Assembly: GCA_965112735.1 (NCBI GenBank)
Contig: OZ218951.1
Coordinates: 5,456,001-5,520,000 of the forward strand
Length of the DNA: 64,000 bases
Source of the DNA: Phaeosaccion multiseriatum
Taxonomy: Eukaryota; Protista; Ochrophyta, other classes
Direction of reading: 5' to 3'
Shown: piece by piece, positions 1 to 11,419 of the stretch
Numbering within the stretch: the first letter of the stretch is position 1
Layout: every line of letters starts with the position of its first letter
The notes under the pieces: generated by a model
The model's database searches: none
Told to the model about the DNA's origin: nothing
What the model saw: the letters and a program-made list of their open reading frames with translations, nothing else
Program-made: the position numbers and the translations under genes

Positions 1-215
1 CAATAAACCCCGACGGTACGTTAGGAGCAGGCCAACAAACAATGCACTCCTCCTATCGTCCTTCCACTCCTGTTTATATATATGTTCGACCCCTGACGTG
101 CTACGGACGCATTCTCGGTAGCATCCTTCTGGCCGGTACTGGCAGCTGGCCGGTAGCAGGTTGCACAGCAGAAGGAGAAGGGGGAGAGGTTGGCCAAAAA
201 TCGTCACTATTACTA

Positions 216-1190
216 TTAGGTCAACCGCAGATCCCACAGAGAAGCGGGCAGGCTCCCCCGGCGGGGATAGGTGGCCCAAGGCCCCATTCCCACCTCCTCT
301 ACACTAGCGGGAAGGACCACATCCTGATTGATGAAGTCATCTCCAAAATACACCTTCTTCAGCGAGGGAGGGAGAGTGATTGGCTCGTCGAACCTTGAGA
401 TTCTTGGAAACATCAGCTCCTCCAGAGAGCTTGGTAGCACCAAACCAGCCTGATCGAAGTATTTTCCAAAAGTGACCTTCTTCAGCGAGGGAGGAAGAGC
501 GATTGGCCTGTTGAACAATGACTGCTCTGAAAACTTCAGCTCTTCCAGAGAGCTTGGTAGCACCAAATCACGCTGATTGAAGCTATATCCAAAAGTGACC
601 TTCTTCAGCGAGGGGGGAAGAACGATTGGCCTGTTGAACACTGAGGTCCATGGAAACTCCACCTCCTCCACGCCGGTCGGCACAACAACGTCGCAAGCAT
701 CGAATAACCTGGAGAACCGCAGAAACTTGACCGAGAGTGGTAACTGTGCCAACACTTTGTCAGCAAGAGCCTTCTCAGCAAGGCGCAGCTTGTGACCATA
801 ACCTTGACGTTGGATGCCGAGGCGCACCGCCTTGACGCGAAAGGAGCCCGCCATACCATGGTCCGGCTGCCTCGCCCTAATCCTCCCCGACCTTCGAAGC
901 CCTTCCACGGCATCTCTTCCCCGCGTGGAGGCGGGAGGAGGGGAGGAAGCCGCAGCAAGGCGTTGAGACTCCTCGCGCTCCCGCTGCTGCTGCTGCTTCA
1001 GCATGCTCAGCACACGCGACTGGATAGCTTGGGGCATGTCGGCGTTGATCACCAAACCGCGTGAGGTTACCTTGTCGACCTCCTTGCATACGCCCCACAG
1101 AGCCTTGTTCGAAACACGGCCAGCAACCATCCTCAATGCCGCCGGCCCGCTGCTGCGGAGACTAGTCTCTGTCTCTTCCCCCCCCCCCAT
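216..1190 (-). CDS. FNIP-type leucine-rich repeat protein, intronless
   Basis: C-terminal ~41-aa repeats of paired units, e.g. LPPSLKKVTFGYSFNQ..LVLPSSLEELKFS...FNRPI, match the FNIP consensus (FNQPI..LP.SL..L.FG..FN). The repeat is visible in DNA with ~123-nt period. Confidence 0.8.
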   Translation of the reverse strand: MGGGEETETSLRSSGPAALRMVAGRVSNKALWGVCKEVDKVTSRGLVINADMPQAIQSRVLSMLKQQQQREREESQRLAAASSPPPASTRGRDAVEGLRRSGRIRARQPDHGMAGSFRVKAVRLGIQRQGYGHKLRLAEKALADKVLAQLPLSVKFLRFSRLFDACDVVVPTGVEEVEFPWTSVFNRPIVLPPSLKKVTFGYSFNQRDLVLPSSLEELKFSEQSLFNRPIALPPSLKKVTFGKYFDQAGLVLPSSLEELMFPRISRFDEPITLPPSLKKVYFGDDFINQDVVLPASVEEVGMGPWATYPRRGSLPASLWDLRLT

Positions 1191-1259
1191 CCCCCCCCCT
1201 TTTCATGACTTTCTTCCATCACGCCACCCCCCCCCCCCCTCGTTTCACCTCCCTTCGAC

Positions 1260-1511
1260 GTGGTGCCCCCCACCGTACTCTCCTTCTTTCCCCCTTTCCA
1301 GCGTCACTGCGATAGAGGAGGGGGGAGAAGAGCAAAAAACAAAAAAAGGGGGGGAAAAGGGAAAAGGAAAGAGAAGCTAAAAGTAATAACCCCGGTGTGA
1401 TCAATCCATCATCCGGCCCCTTGAAGGCCTTTATTTTACAGTATAAAAAAGGACAGTATCGCAGCGACGTTGGAAAGAGGGGAGGAAGGAGAGTACGGTG
1501 GGGGGCACCAC
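1260..1511. repeat. ~55-bp imperfect inverted repeat in the divergent intergenic region
   Basis: 1260-1314 (gtggtgccccccaccgtactctccttc...gcgtcactgcgata) is the near reverse complement of 1457-1511 (tatcgcagcgacgttgg...gaaggagagtacggtggggggcaccac). The spacer is ~140 bp and A/G-rich. Confidence 0.85.
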
Positions 1512-1558
1512 ATTTGTTTCAATCTCTCTCTTTGTTTGCTTCAAGGGAGGGCAAGATC

Positions 1559-2414
1559 ATGGTGAGGGGGAACTACAGAGGGAAGGGGTCGAAGGGGGGG
1601 GAAGAGAAGGAGGAGGGTAGCAGTAGTAGTAGCGAAGATGATGCGATGTCCGAAGACCAGGCTTCCACGGCGGAAGATGTAAGCACTGTTGCTGCTCCGA
1701 CTGCAGCGGCCATCTCTCCGTCCTCATCTGCATCGGACGAGGCAAGTCCTCAGTCCGTGGGAAAGCGTGCTGCTGCTGGTGATGGTGGTGCTTCTTCTGC
1801 TGCTGCCGCCGGGGCTGCTTGTGTTTTTCCTCGCTCCACGGCGAAGACGGCGCGCAAGCCGAAGGCAGGGGCGAAGGATGGGGGTGTAAGGAAAGAAGTC
1901 AAGCCGGAGAAGAAGCGGAAGGCAGAGGACGACGTGGTGAAGGACGAGAAAGAAGTAAAGGACGAGAAAGTCAAGCGAGAGGGGAAGCGCCTGAAACCTG
2001 ATAACCTGCAACTTTTGGATGAGATTCAGCTGTCAGTCAAATCGTGGAAGGAGGCTGACCCGCAAGCCGTGAAGGCAGGAGGGGAGCTGGAGGAGGGCAA
2101 GGCTCGCTTCGCAGACGACGACCTGCTCAGTGGCACGGTTGTGAACAAGGGGGTGAAGAAGACCGATGGATCTGCCTTCATCGAAGTGCTGCCCTTGTAT
2201 GTGGTGTCCCCCCTCCCCGGCAAGTCCCTGCAGCACACAGTCAGGAGCTTTGTCCAGGAGTACAACGGACATGCCATCACGCCGAAGTGAGTGCAGTGGA
2301 GGAGAATGGAGCGGAGTGGAGTGGAGTTGAGTGGCGCACGATTGGTTGGTCGCTGGAGGACAGCTTACATGCATGCATACATGCATAAGTGTGTGTGCCT
2401 CTGTGTGTGTGTGC

Positions 2415-2446
<32 letters not shown>

Positions 2447-3182
2447 CTGTGTGTGTGTGTGTGTGCGTGTCGGGGGGGGGGTTCTGTTTGTGTATGCTCT
2501 CTTTCTCGCGCGCGCCTGTCTCCTCTCTCCGCCCCCCCCCACCCCCGTTCCCATCCACCCCCTCCTCTCGTCCTTCCCCTCATATCCTCTCTAATCGAAT
2601 CTACTCGTACGACACACAAGCCCCTGTCCTTCTTTCTCTCTCTGCCCCCCCCCCCCTCCCCGCTCTCCCTCTCTCTCTGTTCCTTCTCTCTCCTTCTCTC
2701 TGTCTCTCTCCCTCTGCCGCCTCTCCCTTTCTCTCTTCCTCGCCCTCTCCTCCCCACCCCCGTCGCTCTCTTTCTCCCTCCCTCCTCCCTCCCCTGGTCT
2801 CTCTTCCGCTCCCTCTTTCTCTCTCCCCCCCCCTCTTTCTCACCCTCTCTTCTCTCTCCCTCACCCTCTCCTTTCCTCTCTCTCCCACCCTCTCTCTCTC
2901 CATCTTTTTCTGTACCTTTGGCCCTCTCACTTTTCTTCCTTCTCTCTCTCTGTCTCTCTCCATCCCTCCCCCCTCTCGCTTATCTCCCTCTTCCTCTCTT
3001 TCTCTCTCTCTCTCTCCCCCCCTCCCCCTCCCTCTCTTCCTAGGTGGGCTGAAAGCATCCGCCGCCTCTTGGAGTTCGACTCCAAGTTGGATCGAGGTTT
3101 TTTCGCGAAAATGACCAAGTGTACAGATGCAAACGCAGCGGCAGGGGAGGGGGAGGGGGCGGAACCCGGGATGCAGATCTGA
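1559..3182 (+). CDS. Hypothetical protein, 2 exons (1559-2286, 3044-3182), with a K/E-rich low-complexity N-terminus
   Basis: ATG at 1559. Donor AA|gtgagt at 2287, polypyrimidine tract and ctag|G acceptor at 3043 give an in-frame continuation KWAESIRRLLEFDSK...MQI*. Confidence 0.6.
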
Positions 3183-4236
3183 GGAGAGCCAAGGGATGGC
3201 GGTGGAGGGGCAGTGGATGGCAGTTGAAGGCAGAGAGATAGGCGAGAATATTATGTACTTGGTTTTGTAATTAAAATTTAAGACTGAATGAGAAGCCATG
3301 GAAAAAAAGGGAGAAGAGGGAGGCCATTACGCACGCCTTCCGTAAGATTACGTATGACAAGAGGAGGCCATGCCCGCACATAGCAAGGGTACTTATAGAA
3401 AGGGGGGAGCGAAGGGCGCGCGCCCCCGACAATTTGCAATTTGCATTTGCGCCCGGCAAGTGGAGATCGCAGGCGGCAAACAGAGGTGCGGGGTGCGAAA
3501 GGCTCCCTCCTCTAGAATATACCACGGGGACCTACTAGGGTTGTTAGCAAGTCTGTTCTTACAGTAAGTACGCTTGCTGTATACGCCACTCGAGCCCCCC
3601 TCCCTCCCGCCCTCGGGTGTGAGTGAGCGAGCGAGTGAGGGTGTGAGTGAGTGAGTGCGTGACTGAGTGACTGACTGAGTGAGTGAGTGAGTGCTGCTCG
3701 TTAAGGCTCAAGTGGAAGGGAAGGGAAGAGCGTTTCATACACCAACACGTTTACACTGGGGAGTGGTCTGAACAAGCACGCAAGCCAAACGAGGCTTTCC
3801 TCCTCAAGCAAGCAAGCAAGGCCGTGTCTTTCTTGTCGCGTTCTATACCGATGCCTGCTCGACTTGGTAGGTGCTTCTCGAGCCCTCCCTCCCTCCTCTC
3901 CAGTAGATCTCTCTGAATGCGTCCCTCTCTCTTGCTCCCTCCATCCACTGCCATCCCAAGGATGTGACTGACTTTCCGGCCCGGCCTGGGGGGCCTCTGC
4001 TCTGCTCTGTATCACCAACTGCTCTATGTCACCCCTTGCTCCTGTGGTCTGCTCTGTATCACCAACTGCTCTGCACCTCTCCCCCCGAAGCCCCGCAACG
4101 CAACGCAACGAAGGGCCGTGGTTGGTCACCCCACGCACACACACTGGCGCTCGGCCTACCTCACTGTCGAGGTCGACATACTGTCGAGCTCGACGGAGGG
4201 GAGGGTCGACTTCCAGAAAGGAAAGCTTCGACGTTT

Positions 4237-5664
4237 TCAAAGCGCCGCGTCGGCATCTTCTTTTTCTACCTCTGCCATTGCTGGAGATACAGGAGAGGGC
4301 TGAGTGGGGCCTGCGGAAGATAGTGCGGTGGCAAGCCACGTAGGCAGAGCACCAGCAGAAGCAGCAGAAGGTGATACAGCAGCCGTTGGTGATACAGCAG
4401 CAGCAGTTGGTGATACAGCAGCAGCGCCAGTGGGCATAGCAGCGACTTCATGGACACTACGCACAGTGGCAGCTGTCCCTGTTCGCCCTTCCCCTGTTCC
4501 TTCTGCCCCTCCTGTCCCCCCCGCCCCTGATTCCCCTCCTCTTGCTGCTGCCTCTGATGCTGCTTCTGCTGCTGCTTCTGCTGCTGCTGGTGCTGCTGCT
4601 GGTGCTGACGCCTCCTTCGATGGCCCTGCTTCTGCTGGTGCTGCTGCTGCTGCTATCGCAGCCGCTCCCCTCGCGATGGGCGACGCACACGTAGACGCAG
4701 CAGCATCAGCAGTTGGTGATACAGCCGTAATGTTGAGGTACACAATGGTGGCGCTGATGTCGTCGTGAAGGTGGCGCCGGTCGGGGCCCTGCCGCAAGCT
4801 CTTCAAGGTACTCAATGTAATCTTGTGGGTAGAAGCCGCCCTCATCAGCACCTTGTGGGGGGGGGGGAGGGAGGGAGGGTGTGATTATGTGCGGGACTCC
4901 CTTCAAACACGATCACACGTGCACCATGCATCCACCCGTACTCTGTCCTGACCCCACCCACCCACTGTCCTAACACCACCCACCTATTGTCCTGACACCC
5001 ACCCGTCCTCTGTCCTGACACCCACCCGTACTCTGTCCTGACGCCCACCCACCCACTGTCCTGACCCCACCCACCCACTGTCCTGACACCACCCACCCAC
5101 TGTCCTAACACCACCCTCCCACCGTCGTAGTACCACCCTCCCACCGTCGTAGTACCACCCACCCACTGTCCTAACACCACCCACCCACTGTCCTGACCCC
5201 ACCCACCCACTGTCCTGACCCCACCCACCCACTGTCCTGACACCACCCACCCACTGTCCTGACCCCACCCACCCACTGTCCTGACACCACCCACCCACTG
5301 TCCTAACCCCACCCACCCGCTGTCCTGACACCACCCACCCACTGTCCTGACCCCACCTACCTGGTCGATGACGACTTGGCTACTGGGCACGGCAGGTCCT
5401 CTTCGCCCCCCCCTGCGGACCCCAGTCCGAGGGGGAACCCCACTCCCCAGGGGGGGGGGCTCAGAGGAAGACGGAGGGGGAGTGGCGCTCTCCACCCACC
5501 TCACCACGTCGTCGTTGGTGGCCTGTTCCCATACGCCATCTGTGAGTTGTGGGTGTCATGACAGAGGTAGATGGGTGAATGTCAGGACCGAGGTGGGTAG
5601 GTGGGTGTCAGGACAAGAGGGTGAGTACGTGGGTGTCAGTCAGGCGAGAGGGTGAGTGGGTCGG

Positions 5665-5696
<32 letters not shown>

Positions 5697-6132
5697 TGAG
5701 TGTCAAGCACAGAGTACTACGCACTGAACCCTGCCTGAGCCGTGACCAATCCCACTTCCCCACCTTCCCACTTCCCTCTGACCCGCACTGACCAACTCCA
5801 CACACACTGACACTGAAACTGAAACTGACCTGTTGCGAGCACTAGAAAGTGGTCTGCAGGGCACAGAGGGTAACATGAAACCTCGGGCTCGGCGGTGATG
5901 TATGGGACACAGCTCTTGTAAGGGGATATACTGAAGGCCTCGTGCTTCAGGTAGGCATCCCCTGCAGCAGTTGGTGATACAAAGCGGGGAGGGGAGGGAA
6001 GGGGGGAGAGAGGGAGGTACGTGAGTATCTGTGGGGGAAGGTAGTGAGGATGGCAGCAGAGGGTCCCACGCGGGTCTTGCTGGAGTGAGCAAGGCTAGGT
6101 TAGGTACCATCCTCAGGTCTTCAGAGGGGATT

Positions 6133-6198
<66 letters not shown>

Positions 6199-9100
6199 AG
6201 CTCTCGTGACTGCAAGGGAACCGGCCACACGCATCACGGCCTTGGCGCCTCGCCATTCGTCGTTGCGGGAGGCACGGATGGCTGGGGTGGGAGGGAGGGA
6301 GGGAGGGAGGGAGGGACGACGAGAGTGTGGCACAAGTGGGTTAATGGAGGTGGAGAACAACAAAGCCAAACGACATCATTCCACTTCACTACATTGAATG
6401 GAATCAAACGGAACGACCTCTCCTACCCCTCTGCTCTCCGCTCCCCTGCCCTTCCCCCTCCCTCTTACACCTCCCCCTCCCTCCTCTCCCTCCCTCCCTC
6501 CCTCTCTCCCTCCCCCCTGTCCCCCTCCCTCCCTCACTCACTCACTCTCTCCTCCTCCTCCTCCCCTCCCCTCCCTCCTCTCCCTCCCTCCTCTCCCTCC
6601 CTCTCTTCTCTCTCCCGCCTGCCCCCCTCGCTCACTCACTCCCTCCTCCTGCCCCTCCCTCTCCCTCCTTCCCTCGCCAGCCATCCACTGCCACCCCCAC
6701 CCTCTACTCCTTACTAACCGTTTCTGTCGTGGCTCCGATGGCGAACCAATTCCGCCTCCCTCGCATTGTCGCAGTTGTGATCGCGCGACAGAGCCACTGC
6801 GTGCAGCACTGCACCAGTTCGTGATACACACCCCTTCGTGGCAGGAGACGTGCTGTTGCTTCTACTCCTGCTCCTGCGCGCTCGAGGCCCGCCCCCTCCT
6901 CCTCCTTTGCCCCCCTCCCCTCGTCCTCCTTCACTCGAAAGAGGCGATGAATGCTCCGATGACATCGAGGCCGAGGCAGTGGTGGTGGTGGTGGTGGTGG
7001 TGGTGTTGGCCTTCCCTGGTGGGGAAGAAGCAGCAGCACATCCCACCCCAGACTCTCCCGAGCCCCCACCCCAGCCACCCCCACCACCACCACCACCACC
7101 AGTTGGTGATACAGCAGCTTGTCCGACGCCCCTATGACTGCTGCTGTTGCCCATATGACTGCTTGCCCTCGCGAGCTTTGTGTTGTCGGTCGTGGCCACA
7201 ACAGCTCGGCAGTCTCCCACGTGCGCCACGTACAGCTGGGATGAGGGGTCATATGGGTAGGAGGGCAGACGGTCAGGCAGTCATATGGGTACGTACAGCT
7301 GGGATGAGGGGTCATATAGGTGGGAGGGCAGACGGTCAGGCAGTCATATGGGTATGTACAGCTGGGATGAGGGGTCATATGGGTAGGAGGGCAGAGGGTC
7401 AGTAAGTCATATGGGTATGTACAGCTGGGATGAGGGGTCATATGGGTAGGAGGGCAGAGGGTCAGTAAGTCATATGGGTATGTACAGCTGGGATGAGGGG
7501 TCATATGGGTAGGAGGGCAGAGGGTCAGTAAGTCATGGAAGACTACCCCACCTTGGCCCCGAGTACGACTGCAAGGAGGGCACACGAGCCGGCGTTGATG
7601 TACCCACGGGAGTCGTGCGCTTCGAGGTCGAGCGTGCCATTCCACTGACGATCACATTCCAGGAATACCTGTCAGGCAGTAAGGCAGTGAATCAGTCAGG
7701 CAGTAAGGCAGTGAATCAGTCAGGCAGTAAGGCAGTGAATCAGTCAGTGAACCAATCAGTCAGGCAGTCAGGCAGAGGTCAATGAATAAGTAAACAGAGA
7801 ATCAGTCCGTGAATCAGTGAATCACACACACGCACACCCAGCCCCCCCACCGACTTACTACCCACCCATTGACATACTACACCCACCTCTTTGAGCACAC
7901 CCTTGACACTGGCCTCTGAGAGCGTCGCCATCTGTCCCTCCCCCGCCCTCCTCGCCAGGCCCTCCACACAAAGCGTCGACAGGAGAGGGCAAACGAAGGC
8001 TGAGGCCTTGCCTCCTCCGTGCCCGTCACACATGACGTACACGAAGAGGCCAAGCTCGGGAAACGCTAGAAGGGAGGGTGGGGTGGAGGGGGTGAGGCAT
8101 TGGGATCAGACTCAAGAACCAAACAAAGCCAAGACTGACTCACTCACTCACTGAGTTGCTCCGCTCCGTGTGAGTGTACTCTTCTCCTCCCCTCCTCCTC
8201 CTCCTCCTCTTGCTCTTTCCTCCCTCCCCCCCCTGACCCATTGACTTACCTAACTCGGCATGAACGTCCTCCCCGGGGTCGTTAGCCTCATACATGCTCG
8301 TGTTATGTGTGGGGCGCAGCTCGAGCATCGGCAACTGTTGTGGTTGCTGCTGCTGCTGCTGCTGCTGTGTCCCCTGTACTTGCCCTTGCCCTTGACCCAC
8401 GTACTCCTGCCGGTACTGCGGCTGCTTGTGCTTCAGCGTCTTCCGCAGCAGCTGCTGCTGCTGTTGCTGCTTCGGGATTCGAAGTATGCCCTTTGGTTTT
8501 GCCCTCCCACCTCCACCTCCCCGTGCTGTACTACCAACTGCTGATGTTGAGTGCAGCAGTGCAAGAGCGCCAGCCGTCCCCCCCTGGGACTCTAAGGACT
8601 CTCCAGGGGGCGTGTTGTCCTCCTCGTCCACATCATCCGCGGCGTCGTCATCTGTTGCAGACCCGTCTCCCGACGTCACGCTTCTTATGGGTACACCATA
8701 AGGAGTTTCACTTTGACCGGCGCCAGACTTTGCAGACATTGTGTAGTGACTCTTTCTGGGCTGAGGCTTGGGGCGAATGGCGCGCCGCGGTTCCATCGCC
8801 GCACCACCGCCATCACTATCATCATCATCGTCAACAATCTCGCTCCAACGAGCAGCTCCTGCAGCAGTTGGAGATACAGCGGCACTGCCACTGCCACTGC
8901 CATCCCTGTCCCACTCCCCCAATAGCCGAGTGCCGTAGCTACCTCCTCCTCCGGCGGGATGAGGACGAAAGGCAGAGCCAGCAGCAGCAGCAGCAGCACC
9001 ACCACCACCAGGACTACTCGTGCCCCTACTGTTGCTGGGGGTGCCCGGACTGCTCCTGCCGCTCCTTCTTTGGAGGTGGACACGACCTTCTTTTCTCCCC

Positions 9101-9921
9101 AGCACTACTCCCCGTGCCTCTACCTGATGCAGGTACTGTCCTGGTATGCCCCCATCCACTGCCCTCTCCTCCCCGTCGCTGTCGTCGCTGTTGTCGCTAC
9201 TACCCGTGCTGCGTCGTCGTCGCCGCTTTCGACGCTTGGGCAGAAGGGCGTTGGGCGGGTTCTGTGCCCCCACCCCACCGCTGGTAAATGTGCTGCCTGT
9301 GCTCCCTGTCGCGCTTCCTGCTGATGATGATGGTGAGGACCCCTCAGTGGTGTCTGTTCGCACGTCGACAACCACGACGGGTCAAGGAAGATGAAAGGGC
9401 AGAGCATAGAGACAGACATTAGGTAGGGCATAGGACATGGGAATCCGAGCAAAGCTTTCAAAGCTTCCTCCACTTTTTCAAAGGGTCGTTGAAGAACGAA
9501 ACGGAGAGAGCATGTACCACCGACACCAGTAGCAGCCGGCAGTAGAAGCAGCAGCAGTAGAAAGGGATCAATCCAAACTAGCCAAGTAGAGTAGGCGAAC
9601 AATCCAGCCCAGCCAATCGGTGGCGGCATCTGCCATGGCAGGATCGGTCAGGCCGTTGGGGCTAGCTACGTTTCTTCCCTCTTGTTCGCCCATCTCTTGC
9701 GCACAGCATCTACCGATCACTTCCAATTGTAGCCTTGACGTGAATCTTCAACACAAGACGTCCATCGCGTGAAGACTCTACCCTACATGGTGGCTCTTCC
9801 ATTGATTCCCGCCAAGGACTCAAACGAAGCTTCTCGAAACGCGATTGCACTCACCGTTTCTCTGGCCACCTCCCGGGGCCTGGTGCTCTTTCTTCTCCGG
9901 AGCAGCACTGGGAGGAAGCAT
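4237..9921 (-). CDS. Protein phosphatase 2C (PPM family; PDP/plant clade C-D-like), ~10 exons
   Basis: Spliced motifs in order: YEANDPGED, VMCDGHGG, AGSCAL, LYVAHVGDCRAV, LSRDHN, RVAGSLAVTRALGDAYLK, PYITAEPEV, FLVLATDGVWE, RRHLHDDISATIV. Inferred first exon 9921-9855 (MLPPSAAPE) is phase-compatible with the acceptor at ~9355. Confidence 0.9.
4940..5360. repeat. Intronic ~21-bp minisatellite (actgtcctgacaccacccacc-type)
   Basis: Tandem imperfect copies with a TGTCCTGAC core fill a PP2C intron. Confidence 0.9.
7230..7535. repeat. 63-bp tandem repeat (~5 copies) filling a PP2C intron and containing the 3' splice site
   Basis: gtacagctgggatgagggg recurs at 7230, 7293, 7356, 7419 and 7482. Confidence 0.95.
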
Positions 9922-10156
9922 AGCGCCAGGTAAGCGCCACTGGCACCGCCACCGCCTCACTCTGTTGTTCGGAATGGTCTCGCGCTGAAACATTCAACCA
10001 AAAGGCCAAATCTTACGTAATAGTTGAGTGCCAGTTTTGGGGGAGGGTGGGCACCTCCTCCTCCACCTCCAGTCTTTCAAAGAGAAGGCTGCGTATAATC
10101 TACCCAGCTGCTGCTGTTACTGCTGCTTCTTCTCCTCACACGGTAACGGTACCACC

Positions 10157-11388
10157 ATGCCGGCACCCCAGCCCTCCCCGAAGCACGGGCTGCTCGCAGT
10201 CTTGCTGCTCGCTGCAGCCTCGGCTGCCACCCCAGGCTGCCAGGCCTTCCAGAGCAGCATTCCCGCCACTCGACACGCCTCCGCCCTCACACCCGCCTCC
10301 TCCACCTCGGCCTCGGTGAAGTCGTCCATGTCCGTCCCACCTCACATGAGGAGGGGGCGCGGGGCGTCTTCCATGCGCATGGCGGGAGACGGACAAGCCG
10401 AGGGGGCAGGCGCGGAGGCGAGGCGGCAGGCGGTCATGGCTGCCATTGCTCGCCAGCACGCGCGGGGAGCAGACTCATCGAAGAACCAAGCACCGGAGAG
10501 GCGGCAGGGAGGGGACGAGGAGATCTCTCGGGACCAGGGAGGCTCCATGTTCAAGGCAATGATGGACAAGGCCAATGGGATTGCGCAGGCGCCTCCGCCT
10601 CCTTCGCGCCAGCAGCAGCGGCAGCAATCGCCTCCGCCCTCTGGAGGGTGAGCGACATTTCTTTCCCGTGTGTGTGTGTGCGTGTGTCTGCTAGTTCGTG
10701 CGGTGTGGAGACGCGGGGAGGGATGGGAAGAGGTGGAGAGATGCTGGTGGGTCAGGGGAGGCGACTCGGCGCAGAGGGTTCAGAAAGGAACGCGAACAAA
10801 TGACTGAGCGAACGCACGGCCTTTTTTATTTTCACTAAGGATCAGGGAGGCGGGGTTAGCGTCGGGCCCTCCCAGAGTTGTGCAGCAGACTTGTGCGAGT
10901 CACCAGCGAAAGGAATCTCATGGCCCTCCCTTCCCACTCTCCTTCTCTTTCCTGTGTTGCCCCTCTCGTATCTCCTCTCTCCCTCTCTTCCCCTCTTGTA
11001 ACGCGACTGTGGTACGTCTTCCTGCCCTTCCCATCCCCCAGTGACTACGGGGAGGAGGGTGGGGGTAGCGGGAGGTTCGCCAACCTCATGGCAGCGGCAG
11101 ACGGAGCAGCCCCAGACCCATATTCCCCTGACTTTACCTACCAGCCGCAGCAGGTACAATGGAGAGAGAGAGAGTGGGTCAGAGGGAGTGACAGACTAAG
11201 GGAGAGGGAGAGGGAAGAGAGAGAGCGTCAGAGAGAGAACGAGAGAGGAAGAGAGTCAAGGGGAGGGACAGAGAGAGAGAGAAGGAGTCAAGAGGGAGAG
11301 ACAGAGAGGGGTAGAATGCCAGATAGAGAGCATGGACCGTGTGAGTATGCCCCTGACACAAACCACTCCACCTCCCCCCGTCCGTCTT

Positions 11389-11419
<31 letters not shown>

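Noticed and set aside
2291-3043. Long ORFs rich in CVCV, LSLS, HTHT or EREG here and throughout the window
   Set aside because: They are translations of intronic microsatellites that lack stop codons and lie between canonical splice sites.
7230-7535. Regularly spaced repeats resembling a CRISPR array (also 35557-35760 and 59570-59645)
   Set aside because: No unique spacers, no cas genes and a eukaryotic intron/UTR context; these are minisatellites.
9120-9629. Hydrophobic ORF as the PP2C N-terminus
   Set aside because: Exon 9921-9855 has a stronger donor (gtgagt) and compatible phase. An alternative first exon here is not strictly excluded.
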